The notes under the pieces were generated by a model. The model was not told the origin of the DNA and searched no databases. It saw only the letters and a program-made list of their open reading frames with translations. From NCBI GenBank assembly GCA_963703225.1, contig OY969801.1, positions 352,001 through 416,000 on the forward strand: 64,000 nt of DNA, in the 5' to 3' direction. Source of the stretch: Candidatus Eiseniibacteriota bacterium. GTDB taxonomy: Bacteria; Eisenbacteria; RBG-16-71-46; SZUA-252. This document shows, piece after piece, positions 31,076 to 46,016 of the stretch; within the stretch, counting starts at the first letter, position 1; every line of letters starts with the position of its first letter. The translations under genes and the position numbers were made by a program.

Positions 31076-33047
31076 TTACCGCAGTTTCAAGAGTCGATCC
31101 GTTTTCTCGACGCCCCCCGCCATGAACTTGAAGAAGTAGATCCCCGAGCCCAAGTCGCGGCCGCCGGCATCGCGCCCGTCCCACTGAGCGGTGTGGCTGC
31201 CCGCGGGCATCGTGGCGTCGACCAGAGTCCTGACCAGCCGGCCGTTCACGTCGTAGACCCGAATCGTCACGTGGTGCGACGTCGGGAGCGCATAGTTGAT
31301 GGCGGTCTCCGACGCGAACGGATTGGGCGTGGGCACGGAGACGGTGGGCGTGGACGCCGCCGGGCTGGTGGGCACGTCCACCGAGCCGACATCGATGGAG
31401 GTCGGGGCCGCCGCGCCGTTCGTGGTCGCGGTACCCACTCCTTCGAGCGAAAGCGTGGCTGCGTCCTGCGAGCCAGGAATCGCCTCGAACGAAACCTCAA
31501 CCCGAACCGCCGCCCCGGCCGCCCCGCCGGACTTGGACGGGCTGGGGCCCGCGGTTGGGTCGATCCGATAGAGCATCGCCAGTGCCAAACCATTCTGCAC
31601 GGCCCACTCCAATGACACACCCCCAGGAGCCTCGAGCAGTGCGAGGCTGCGGACACGCGCGCCGCCTGTCGGATTGACCGCGAATTGGATTCCGCCGAAT
31701 CCATCGCCCGGCTGGATCTGGATGGATGCGCGACCGGTCTCCGAATTGATCCAGACAGGCCGAGCGTCAAAGCCGATACGCGTGTTTCCTGCGGCGCCTG
31801 GGTCGCCCGATCCTCCGCCTGACCCGAAACCACCGCCGTTCAGGATCTTCCTTACGCAGCAGATCACGTCGCGGACATCGAGGGAGCCGTCGACGTTGCA
31901 GTCGGCCCTGGCAAAGACGCTATCGGGACAAGCATCGGCGACGCCATGCTCCGCCAGCGCACAATTTACGAGGAGCATCACGTCCCGAATGTTCGAAACC
32001 CCATCTCCATTCAGGTCGCACTCGGTCTTCGCGACGCAGATATGTCCGACGATCTCGGCGAAGGTTGGGCATTGGGATCATCGCGTGCCCGTCGGGATCG
32101 GCGACGATCTCGTTCTAATGGCACATCGGGTAGCGCCCTTCGGGTGCATCCGCCGCGACGGAGTAGCAGACATGGAGGATCGCGCCCCTGGCCTGGCGTC
32201 GATCGCGGCGCCGTCCGGTGGAGAAGAGTAGGATCTTGACTCGCGAACCCTCCACCGCGCTCCACGCGACCTTGAAACCCCGAAGCCCGTCCCACAACCT
32301 CCACGGAGGTCGGCCGGAAAGAATCCGAAGGGGCCCCCGTATGGCTCGACCCACTCGGCTGTAGACCACGATCTCCGTCTGGACTCCCGCCGACGGTGAC
32401 TTCGTTGAAGAGATCGACGTCGAAGCAGCCGGTGCTTCCCGGCCTGACGCTCGCGTCGCATTGATCCACGCGGACGGAATCGCTGGGCGGTGATGGGTCG
32501 CTCGACCCGAACGAGAGGATGTAGCAGCCGGGACCGGGCGGGCAGGTCTCATGTGCTACGAAAAAATTGAACGTGAGGTGGTCGAATCCGTGTACGCGAT
32601 GCTGCTCGAGTCCTCGGTGTAGGGGACAAGGTACTCGATCGGCGTTCACGATGTACTGACCGAACGGAAGCCGACCGAGGCGGAGCTCGCGCTCGTAGGG
32701 TTGAATCACGGTAGGGCACACCAGGTGGCGATCGGGTTGGGCTCTTGGATCGTGCCTTGAACCCGGATCTCGTACACCGGAATCGGCCCGGCCATGTCGG
32801 AGCGGTCGCGGGCGATAATTGAAGACCCAGAGAACGTGGTAGCACGGGTCTGGGTACCGTGCCGGCGACCAAGAGAGCGACGGAATCGCAGACCGTCGGG
32901 CTGTTCCGGCCGCGCCGCGATCGAGGTCAGTTCGGCCGATGCGTTGAGTGGTAACAGGGTGCCCACTGCCAGCGCGCATGCGACGGCGAGGAGGCGCGTC
33001 AGCCTCGTGCCCGAGCGGCGGGACGTCGCGGTGGACCGAGAGGTCAT
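31076..33047 (-). CDS. Secreted cohesin-like/dockerin protein with FlgD/T9SS-like CTD; multiple frameshifts
   Basis: RBS GGAGG and signal peptide at 33047; dockerin repeats CDLNGDGVSNIRDV and ADCNVDGSLDVRDV; CTD PNPF..VYDVNGRLVRTLV..WDGRD..SGIYF. Confidence 0.7.
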
Positions 33048-33087
33048 TGGCAGATCCTCCCTGCGAGTGTCCGGCGGTGAAACCAGT

Positions 33088-33115
33088 GGAGGGCGGCGGG
33101 GGCTCGCCGCCCTCC
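33088..33115. terminator. GC-rich hairpin, probable terminator of the 33130..34053 gene
   Basis: GGAGGGCGGCG-loop-CGCCGCCCTCC. Confidence 0.55.
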
Positions 33116-33129
33116 CACGTGTCTAAAGA

Positions 33130-34053
33130 CTAGTCTTCTCCGTGCATGTCGTCATCGCAGTGGCCGTTGTGATTCCGGTCCATGCCCATCCGGAGCGATC
33201 GAATGATCGCCTGGCGGATCGCCAGACCGTTCTCGCCGTCCCGGGGATCGAGGAACCTCCCGCCAGGGCCTCGCAGCCACTGGGAGATATCGAAGGTGAG
33301 GAACGCGGTCGCAGGAGTAGCAACCTCCACCGTGAACTCGCCCTTGATCTTGAAGACGTGATAGAACCTCGCCCGGTACGTGAAGGTGTCTCCGCCCGGG
33401 CCATCCACGGTTCCCTGCAAGTAAACCGTCCCGCCGATCAGATACTCAAAGGAGGAGGCGTTCCAGTCGTCCGCGCGGAGGGGCCGGAGGTGTCCCATGG
33501 TGTTCCGATAGGTGCCCGGCTCCACCATCTGCGTGTCCAGGCTGTCGGCGGTCTGAGTGAGAAGATCGACCACGAAGGGTCCGACGAACCGGATTGTCTC
33601 ATGGTCCTCGCCGTCCCCGTCGTCGCCATGGTGGCCCATGCCATGCCCTTCCATTTGCATGGCGTAAGCATTGTCCCTGGCGTCCGGGTCGTCCTCGCCG
33701 GCGCCGGTCGAGTCGGTCTCGCCACCGGTGGAATCCGTCTCGCCGCCCTCGATGAGATGGAAGCGAACGTCGTGCACGACCAGGAGTGCCTTCGTGAAGG
33801 TTACGGGGATCGTGTCGTCCGATGTCGAGGCGAAGGACGCGCCGAGGGATCGGGCCGACAGGGCCGACCCGCTTCCGCTTGCGGCCCCTATCCCCAGGGC
33901 CTTCAGGGTCATGGGCACCGACCCGTTCCCGGGTCCGGCGAAGTTCTTGGCGCTGTCGGTGCTGCACCCGGCCGCGATAAGGAGGCAGGCGGCCGTCAGG
34001 ACGACGGAGCGGATGGGGCGGGCAATGCCACGTGCTAACTTGATCTGGAACAT
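33130..34053 (-). CDS. Lipoprotein with His/Asp-rich segments (DUF4382-like)
   Basis: Lipobox AAGC; GGETDST twice; GHGMGHHGDDGDGEDH; C-terminal DRNHNGHCDDDMHGED. Confidence 0.7.
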   Translation of the reverse strand: MFQIKLARGIARPIRSVVLTAACLLIAAGCSTDSAKNFAGPGNGSVPMTLKALGIGAASGSGSALSARSLGASFASTSDDTIPVTFTKALLVVHDVRFHLIEGGETDSTGGETDSTGAGEDDPDARDNAYAMQMEGHGMGHHGDDGDGEDHETIRFVGPFVVDLLTQTADSLDTQMVEPGTYRNTMGHLRPLRADDWNASSFEYLIGGTVYLQGTVDGPGGDTFTYRARFYHVFKIKGEFTVEVATPATAFLTFDISQWLRGPGGRFLDPRDGENGLAIRQAIIRSLRMGMDRNHNGHCDDDMHGED

Positions 34054-34294
34054 GGCCTTGTGTCCTCTCGAATGGTGTAATAGGCGGCCACGTCTGGGTG
34101 CGGCAGGACTGCGGGGGCGTCAGATCATGCCGGGCTCGGACGTGCGCGTCCGGGAGACTTGTGCGACACTCCCGGACCCCGTCCCACGTGCGGATAACTC
34201 TGCCGGAAACCTCGGCGTGGGGCAACCAGTAAGATGGATATCCATCGGTACCATGCCAGGTGACCGATCCTTTGCACTGCACCAAGGAGACCCA

Positions 34295-36935
34295 ATGACC
34301 TCGACCCGCGCGCCCCGATTCGCGACGGTATTCGCACTCCTCGCTTCGGTATTCCTGACACCCTCCGCCATCTGCCGCGCCGACTTGGGGCGGCTGCCGA
34401 CCGACGTCCAGCCGACCTTCGAATCGATCCGTCTCACCCTCGATCCGAGGAAGATGGACTACACGGGTTCCGCCCGGGTTGAGCTCAAAGTGGCTACGGC
34501 AACGAATACGATCCAATTCCACGCGCAGGAGATGAAGCTCCCCAAGGTGGTCCTTAGGGGGAAGACGAGCGATCGCGCGCTTCAGATCAAAGAGGGGGAT
34601 GAGGGCCTCATCACCGCCACTTCGGCCTCGGAGATCAAGCCGGGCGATTACACTTTGGAAATCGAATTCTCCAACGAATTCGACCAGCGCGCGACGAGCC
34701 TCTACCGGCTGGAGTCCGGGGGCTCGGCGTACTGCTTCACCCAGTTCGAGGCGTGCGACGCGAGGCTCGCGTTCCCCTGCTGGGATGAACCCTCGTTCAA
34801 GTTCCCGTATCAAATCACGCTCACGGTTCCCAAGGCCGACGAGGCGGTCTCGAACACTCCAATCGAGAGCCAGTCGGCGAAAGGCGACCTGAAGACCGTC
34901 GTCTTCCGCCGCACCAAGCCGCTCCCCTCGTATCTTCTGGCGATCGCGATCGGCCCATTCGAGTACGTGCCGGTCCCGGGCACCTCCATTCCCACCCGGA
35001 TCGTGACCCCCAAGGGGAGCGCGGGGCTGGCCCAGGTGGCCGTGTCGATGACCCCGCCGATCCTCGCCGCCCTCGAGAAATACTTCGGGCGCCCCTATCC
35101 CTACGAAAAGCTCGACCTGATCGCGGTGCCGGAATTCACTCCGGGAGCGATGGAGAATCCGGGCGCCATCACCTACGGAGACCAGTACCTGCTCTTCGAT
35201 CCAAAGACGATGAGCATGTTCCAGCGGCGCACGCTGGCACAGTTCACGGCTCACGAGCTGGCGCACATGTGGTTTGGGGACATGGTCACCATGAAGTGGT
35301 GGGACGACCTTTGGCTGAACGAATCCTTCGCCGAATGGATGGGGGACAAGATCGCCGACGAGGTCTATCCGGACCTTCAGATCTACGTGACGGCGCTCTT
35401 TGAGCTGCAGGGCGCGATGTACCTGGATTCCCAGCTCGCCACTCGGCCGATCCGAAAAACCATCCAGTCCTATGCCAACATTCTGTCCGTGTCCGATCCC
35501 CTCACCTACAAGAAAGGGCAGGCCACCCTGACGATGTTCGAACAGTGGATGGGCCCCGAGACCTTTCGGAAGGGCGTGCTCGACTACCTCGAGGCCCACC
35601 AGTGGGGGAACGCGACCGCCGACGATCTCTGGGACGCTCTGTCCAAGGCGGCCGGACGCGACCTACATGCCTCGATGGCGACCTTTATCGATCAACCCGG
35701 CATTCCGCTTGTGCGAGCCGAGATCTTGAACGACGGACAGGTGCGTCTGTCGCAGCGGCGATTCCTCAACTACGGCGTGACACCGCCGGCCCCGCAGCTT
35801 TGGCAAGTCCCGATCACGCTCAAGTATTCGGACGGTACGGCGGTCAGGACCCATTCGCTGCTCTTGACGGAGGCGACCACCACCGTAGCGCTCCCCGGGC
35901 TCGCCGGGAAATCGCCCGCCTGGGTTCAACCGAACGCCAACTCGACCGGCTACTACCGCTGGAGCGTCGATCCCGCCCCGCTGCAGAAGCTCGCCGAGGC
36001 GGCGCCGCAATCCCTCACGTCCCTGGAGCGGATCGGCTTCCTCCTGAATCTGAGCTCTCTTCTCGACGCGGGCGCCATTCGCGGCGACGACTATCTGCCG
36101 GCTCGTCGCCGCCTTCGCGGACGATCCGCGACCCGAGGTCGCGCGGGCCCTCACGGCTTCGCTCGGAACGATCAAGCAGTCGTTCGTGACGCCCGAGCTG
36201 GAGGCCGCGTTCGCGGTCTACGTCCGGCGCGTCCTGGGCCCAGCGGCGAAGCGGTACGGCTACGATCGCGCGCCAAACGAAGCCGAGGCGGTCTCGCTTC
36301 TTCGGCCGAACTTCGTCGGCTGGCTCGCCGATGAGGGGCGCGACGAGGAGGCCCTCGCGTTCGCCGAGCGCCTCGCCAAGTCGTTCCTGGCCGACCGGGG
36401 CTCGATCGATCCTTCCCTGGTGAACCAGGCGCTCGCGCTCTCCGCGATCCGCGGCGATGCGGCGCTCTTTGCCGAATACAAGAAGAGGTTCGAGGCGGCG
36501 ACGGTGCCGACGGATCGCGCGCCGCTGTTGGGAGCGCTGGGCAATTTCCGCGATCCCAAGCTCCGAGAGGAAGCGCTCGCCTATACGCTCGCGGGGCCGC
36601 TCCGCCCCAACGAGATTTTCGACATTCCCCAGAGCATGGGCTCGACGATCGGTCAGGAGAAGCAGGTCTTCGAGTGGGTGACCCAGAACTACGACGCGAT
36701 CATGAAGAAGCTCCCGCCGGTCTATGCGGTCTACTTGCCCTACATGGGGTCGAGCTGCGAGAAGGATCAGCTCGAGAAGACGAGGGTCTTCTACTCGGCC
36801 CCGGAGCACACCGCGCCGGGCATGGAGCCGGAGCTTGCCCGGGTTCTCGAGGCGGGGAACGACTGCATCGGTCTGCGGAGCCGCGAGGGGAAGGCGGTGG
36901 AGAGCTACCTGACCCAGCTGGGCCAGGCCAAGTAG
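34295..36935 (+). CDS. pepN: Secreted M1 family aminopeptidase with ERAP1-like C-terminus; frameshift near 36100
   Basis: GAMEN and HELAHMW..WLNE; RBS AAGGAG; continues in ORF 36186..36935. Confidence 0.9.
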
Positions 36936-36967
36936 CCTCCCGCCCGGCCAGCCGGGAGAATGAAAGG

Positions 36968-36993
36968 GGGGTTAGGGAGCGATCCCTAACCCC
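36968..36993. terminator. Hairpin terminator between the convergent pepN and tRNA genes
   Basis: GGGGTTAGGGA-GCGA-TCCCTAACCCC. Confidence 0.75.
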
Positions 36994-37004
36994 TCTGATA
37001 TTTG

Positions 37005-37081
<77 letters not shown>

Positions 37082-37247
37082 GCGTGATATTCTCCCAACA
37101 ACTTTGATCTGTAAAGGGTTTTCCCCGCTCCCGGCGCGCTCGCACATGGACCTTCACAACATGCTCGCCGATCGGCCGCGCCGCGCATCATAAGAGGATG
37201 AGCCGGATGAGCATGTGGGAGAGGCACGCGTGGTGGGGGGTGATTTG

Positions 37248-39513
37248 ATGCTCCAGCGAATCTCCCGATACCAGCTCCTCGAGGAGATCGGCAAGGGAGG
37301 CATGGGCGTCGTCTACCGCGCCCGCGACGAGCACCTGGGCCGCGACGTCGCGCTCAAGGTCCTGAACACCGGGGCAGGGAGCGATGACTCGTCCCGGAAG
37401 CGCTTTCGCCAGGAGGCGCGCGCCCTCTCCCTCTTGAATCACCCGTCGATCAGCACGGTCTTCGACTTCGACAGCCAGAACGGAACCGACTTCCTCGTGA
37501 TGGAGCTCGTCGACGGGCAGCGCCTGGACGCTCTTCTCCACGACGGTCCCCTGGATGATCGCCGGGTGGCGGAGTTTGGGGCGCAGATCGCGGCCGCGCT
37601 CGCGGCGGCCCACGAGCAGGGGATCATCCACCGCGATCTCAAGCCGGGAAACGTCATCGTCACGCCGAAGGGGCAGATCAAGCTGCTCGATTTTGGGCTC
37701 GCGATCCTCTGCCCGGGATCGGCGACTTCCCTCGAGACCCGCAGCTTCGCCGAGACCAGCCACCTCATGGGGACCCTCTCCTACATGTCCCCGGAGCAGC
37801 TGCTGGGCAAGGAGGTGGACGAGCGGAGCGATCTCTATTCGCTCGGCGTCCTCCTGTATGAGATGGCCACGGGGCGGCGACCGTTCGACTCGCCCCTCTC
37901 GACCGTGTTGACGAATGAAATTCTCCATCGACCGCCGTCCAGCCCCGGCACCCACGGAGTGAGGCTCAAGCCGCGGCTCGAGTCGCTGATCCTCTCCTTG
38001 TTGGAAAAGGATCCCAAGAGGCGCCCCGATTCGGCGGCGCGCGTCGAGGCCGAGCTTCGGGAACATCTGTCGCCCGGCGAAGCGGCGCTGCCCGCGGCTG
38101 CCGCCGTATCGTCCACGCCCACCGCCGGCCGGATCGAATCGATCGTCGTGCTGCCGCTCGAAAACCTGTCCCACGATCCGGAGCAGGAGTACTTTGCCGA
38201 CGGAATGACCGAGGCGCTCATCACGAACCTGGCCCAGATCCGCGCGCTTCGCGTGGTCTCCCGGACATCGGCGATGCAGTACAAGGGGGTCCGACGATCT
38301 CTTCCCGAGATTGCCCGCGCGCTTCACGTCGACACCGTTGTGGAGGGGACGGTCGCGCGCTTTGGAAATCGGGTCCGGATCACCGCGCAGCTCATCGAGG
38401 CGGCGACCGACCGGCACATCTGGGCGCACAGCTACGAGCGGGACCTGAGCGACGTCCTGGCGCTTCAGGCGGAGGTCGCGCGCGCGATCGCCGCGGAGGT
38501 TCAGGTCCAGGTGAGCGGGGAGGAGCAGGCGCGGCTCTCCGAGCAGCACCGCGTGAATCCCGAGGCGTACGAGGCCTACCTACGAGGACGACATCACTGG
38601 AACCGGCGTACGAGCGTCGAGATCCAGAAGGGGATCGAGTATTTCCACCTGGCGATCGCGAAGGATCCACGGTACGCCGCGGCCTACGCGGGGCTCGCCC
38701 GCGCCCACGACACCATGGGCACGTACAACTTTGTTCCCCCGGCCGAGGCGTTCAGCTTGGCGGAGGCCGCCGCGCAGCGGGCCCTGGAGCTCGATCCCTC
38801 GCTCTCGGAGGCCCACACGGCGCTGGGCGGAGTCCTCTTCACGCACAACTGGGAATGGGAGAAGGCGGAGGCGGCGTTTCGCCGGGGCCTCGCACTCGAT
38901 CCAAACTCTGCGGACGGCCACCATTGGTACAGCGACTACCTCTCCGCGATGGGCCGCTCCGAGGAGGCCATGGCGGAGATCCGGCGCGCGCACACATTGG
39001 AGCCGCTCTCTTTGACGATCAACATGAGCATCGGGGTTTGTCTCTTCTACGCCCGCCGGTACGACGATACGATCTTGCAGCAGAGGCGGACGCTCGAGCT
39101 CGACCCCACCTTCGCGCCCGCGCTCCGAAATCTGGGCGGCGCCTATGAGGAAAAGGGGATGTATGGCGACGCGATCGAGACGTACCAGAAGGCGATCTCG
39201 CTCCAGCCGAACGATCTCTCGGCGACCGGTTTGCTGGCCCACGCCTACGCGGTCTCGGGCCAGCGCGACGACGCGCGGCGCCTCGTGGCCGAGCTCCTGA
39301 AGGAATCGAAATCCCGCTACGTCTCTCCCTACACGATGGCCGCGATCCACGTCGGGCTGGGGGAGGTCGATCGGGCGTTCGAAAGCCTGGAGGAGTCGTT
39401 TCAGTCGCGCGACCGCGGCATGGTCTGGATCAAGGTGGCGCCGCGGCTCGATCCCGCTGCGCTCCGATCCGAGGTTCAGCGACATCGTGCGCCGGATGAA
39501 GCTGCCCGACTGA
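37248..39513 (+). CDS. Hanks-type Ser/Thr kinase with TolB-like and TPR domains; frameshift near 39455
   Basis: GKGGMG, HRDLKPGN, DFG, YMSPEQ; VLPLENLS..EYFADGMTE; TPRs; corrected end DPLRSDPRFSDIVRRMKLPD*. Confidence 0.92.
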
Positions 39514-39546
39514 GCCGAGGCCGAGAAGCGAAGCCTCTGAGCGCGT

Positions 39547-42608
<3,062 letters not shown>

Positions 42609-42628
<20 letters not shown>

Positions 42629-43991
42629 GACATGGGCGCGGATCGCGCCGGTCCCCATTCTCACGATCATGCTGCTCACGCTTTGGGCCCTGCTGGCCCT
42701 CTCCGCCGGCAGCGCGGCGGGCCAGTCGAAGTCGACCGGAACGACGACGCCGTCGGACACCACCAGCGACGGCGGCTTCAATGTCCGCGTGAAGGAAGAG
42801 GGGGGGCCGCCTCCGACCGCGGCCGATCGGGAGCGCATCCGCCGCAAGGTCGAGCGAATCGAGAAGGAGGCCGAGGCGTCCCGGGCGCACGGTCAGGGTC
42901 TGCCGGACGCTCCCGAGCCTCCCGAGCCGCCGGATCTGGAACTCAAATACGACAACAGCGACAACAATCTGGTCCGGTTCGGGGAGGACATCACGATCCC
43001 CGAAGGGAAGGTGATCGACGGCGACGTCGTCGCGATCGGCGGGTCGGTGACCGTCCTCGGCCGGGTGAAGGGGGACTGCGTCTCCGTCGGCGGAGCGGTG
43101 ATCGTGAAGGGCAAGGGCGTGGTCGAGGGCGACGCCGTCTCGATGGGCGGCGGGGTCACGACGAGCGATTCGGGATCGGTCGCCGGAAGCAACGTCTCCC
43201 TCGGCTCCATGCGCAACGGGTCGAACTGCCGTTTCTGGCCCATGGTCGGCATCTTTGGCGCGGTCGGAACGGGGGTCTGGCTGCTGACCACCTTGATCAA
43301 GCTGCTGCTCACGCTCTTCTTCGCGTGGCTCGCGCTGCTCCTGATTCGGGAGCGGATGCTCTACGCGGTCGAGAGGATGACCGAGCACTTCGGCAAATCG
43401 TTCCTCTGGGGACTTTTGGGCTGGGCCGGGATGGTCATCGCGGTCCCGACGGGCATCGTCGTTCTGATTCTCGTCTCCGTCATCGCGATCGCGATCCTCG
43501 CGATCACGATCATCGGGATCCCGCTCGCCATCCTATTGGTGATCGCGCTGATCCTTGGAATTGTGGGGATCTGTGTGGGGTCGCTCGTGGCGATCTTCAT
43601 TGGGTTCTTGAACGGAGCGATGTTCCTGGGTCGGAGAATCCTGGCCAAGAACGCCGCGCTCATGCAGAAGCCGTTGCTCGCGATCACGGTTGGGCTCGCA
43701 TTGATCTTCGTGCTGAATTTCGTGGGTGAGCTGCTGAAGGTGGTGGGCCTGCTCGTCTTCCACCCGATCTCCATCGCGCTCGGAATCGCCTCGGGCGCGC
43801 TGGCGGCGATCGTCACCACGTCGGGCTTCGGCGCGATGATCCTCACCCGGTTCGCGCCCGGTCCGCGCGGCGCGGGGTCCGGCGGCTCGCAGTGGTGGCC
43901 GCCGTCCAAGCCGACGCCGGCGCCGACGCCTGAGGCTCCAAGTCCGGAGACGGCGCCGCCCGTCTCCGGCGGCAGCTCGGACGCACCATAG
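42609..43991 (+). CDS. Membrane protein with bactofilin-like beta-helix repeats
   Basis: RBS AAGGAGG; signal peptide; VIDGDVVAIGGSVTVLGRVKGDCVSVGG repeats; multi-TM C-terminus. Confidence 0.8.
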
Positions 43992-43997
43992 GGCAAG

Positions 43998-44732
43998 CTA
44001 CTCGAGGGGAGTCCCGACGGCTCCGAGACGCGCCGGGACGAACCGCTCGCTCTTTTCGATCGCGGCCCGGTCCCCGAGCCCCGAGAGGTTGACGGCGAGG
44101 CCGAGCAGGTAGCCCGGAATGCCTCGCTCAGCCCCGCGGCCCTCGGGGCCGGGCGATTCTCCCGCCAACCAACTTTCGATCTCCCCCAAGTCCTCGACCG
44201 CCACGGGCCGGATCGTCACCCGAACCGAAACGTAGTAGGTGCCCGTGGAGTCGAGCGCGCTTTCCGCCGCGATCGGCACCCATCGCGACGTGAACAGGAG
44301 CGCCCGGAGCGAATCGAGATCGGGCGCGACGCGGCTCCTCGGCGGGTTCACGCCCGATCGGATCCGGAACGACTTGGCCCACTCGTCGTACACGACCTTG
44401 TGCTCGCTCTTGAGGGCGACCACGAGCTTGTCAAACCAGAGCGCGCGCCGCTTCCAGAGCCCCACCTCGAAGGAGACGGTCGCGGGCATCCCCTGCATCA
44501 GCGTCTCCTCGAGCTTGGGCGTGAACGGCTGCCCCACCTCGTAGCTCACGCAGATCGCCCCGGAGATCCGCTCGATCGGTCCGACCGTGAGGAGCATGTC
44601 GTTCGCCGCGCGGGCCGCCCCCGGCGGGAGCGAGGCCGTGAGGGCCATCGCCAGGAGCCCGGCGATGAGAGCCGGGGTCGAACATCCGCCCGCGGCGCGG
44701 CGACGGTGAGGGACACGGCGGGCGCGGGCCAT
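43998..44732 (-). CDS. DUF4390-like periplasmic protein
   Basis: Signal peptide; LMQGMPATVSFEVGLWKRRALWFD; at the end of the NtrYX-like operon. Confidence 0.7.
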   Translation of the reverse strand: MARARRVPHRRRAAGGCSTPALIAGLLAMALTASLPPGAARAANDMLLTVGPIERISGAICVSYEVGQPFTPKLEETLMQGMPATVSFEVGLWKRRALWFDKLVVALKSEHKVVYDEWAKSFRIRSGVNPPRSRVAPDLDSLRALLFTSRWVPIAAESALDSTGTYYVSVRVTIRPVAVEDLGEIESWLAGESPGPEGRGAERGIPGYLLGLAVNLSGLGDRAAIEKSERFVPARLGAVGTPLE

Positions 44733-44740
44733 CGCGGCTC

Positions 44741-46016
44741 CTAGAAGGATCCGCCGAGGCGGACCCCGACGAGGAAGGGAGCGTCGGAGTCCTGAAGGCT
44801 CCGCGCGACCGTGATCGCGATCGGTCCCGGGCCGAGCCTGATGCCGGCGCCGCCGTCGAGCGCGAAACGCTGGTGATCGATCTCGCCGCGGCCGAACCAA
44901 GCCGCGCCCCAATCCAGGAATCCAAAGACCCAGACGTTCTTCCTGGCGAGCAGGTAGTACTCGGCGTTGCCGAGAAGGAACTGGTCGCCGTCGAATTTCT
45001 TGTACTCGCGCCCGCGGAGCGTCCCGATCCCGCCCAGGTGCCAGATCTTCTGCGCGGGGAGGTCGCCGTCGACCGTGGTCCCGCCGATCAGCCGCGCGCG
45101 GGCCTCCTGCCGCGGCGAGAGCCTCACCTTGGTGTGGGCCGCGCCGCGGATCCGTCCGTATTCCGAATCCCCGTCGATCGGCGAGCCGGCCCGCTCGTAG
45201 GTGATCTCGCCGTTGGTGCCGCCGTCGGCGGGAATGGCCACGGGCCCGATCCGAGCCCCTGCTTCCACGACGCCTTGCCGCCCGTCGTCGATGGCGGGGT
45301 TGGCGCGGAAGTGGTCCTCCTTCCCAAACACGGAGAAGCTCACCTCGGTGTCGAGCGAGCGGACGTCCTCCACCGAGGCTCCGACCCGGATCGCGAAGTC
45401 GCGGCCCGGCTCCCACTGCCCGAACGCTTTCCAGCCCTCGGCCTCGTAGTGATCCCGATAGTCGGTCCGGGCGAAGAGCGCGAAGAACGTGTTCTCGGTC
45501 TCGCCGACGATCCACCCATCTTCGGTCGCCGTGCGTCGGTAGAGGGCGCCCCCGACGCGGAAGCGGGCGGGATCGCCGATCGGCGCCTCGAAGCCGACGT
45601 CGTAGAGGAAGCGATCGCGCGAGAAGGCATAGCCGGCGGAAAGGTAGAGAAGCGGCCTCGGCTCCCGCTCGCTCTTGACCGCCACTCCCAGAAGGAGCGC
45701 GGGGCCGTCCACGCGGTTGTACCGGAAGTTTATGAGCGGGGTGAGGTGGGCCGCTTCAGGAAGACCGGCGGAGAGCGTCTCCCACTCCGCGGGTCGAAAG
45801 GCCGGTGGCGGGGCCGCCTCCGATACGGCGCGGACGCTGTCGGGCGGCGCAGGAGTGCGGCGCGCCGACGCTGTCGGGGGGTGGAGGCGTGGCGGCGGCG
45901 CCGACACTATCGGACGGGGCGTCGGCTCTCGCGCCGGCGGCCAAGAAAAGGCCAGCCAGGAGCGCGGCGCGGAGAAGCGCTGCGCTACGAGCCGGCGGTC
46001 TCGCGGGCCAGCCCAT
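44741..46016 (-). CDS. Outer-membrane beta-barrel (Omp85/BamA-TamA-like); frameshift near 45860
   Basis: Signal peptide in ORF 45756..46016; YNRVDG, LGGIGTLRG; C-terminal Phe (GVRLGGSF). Confidence 0.75.
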
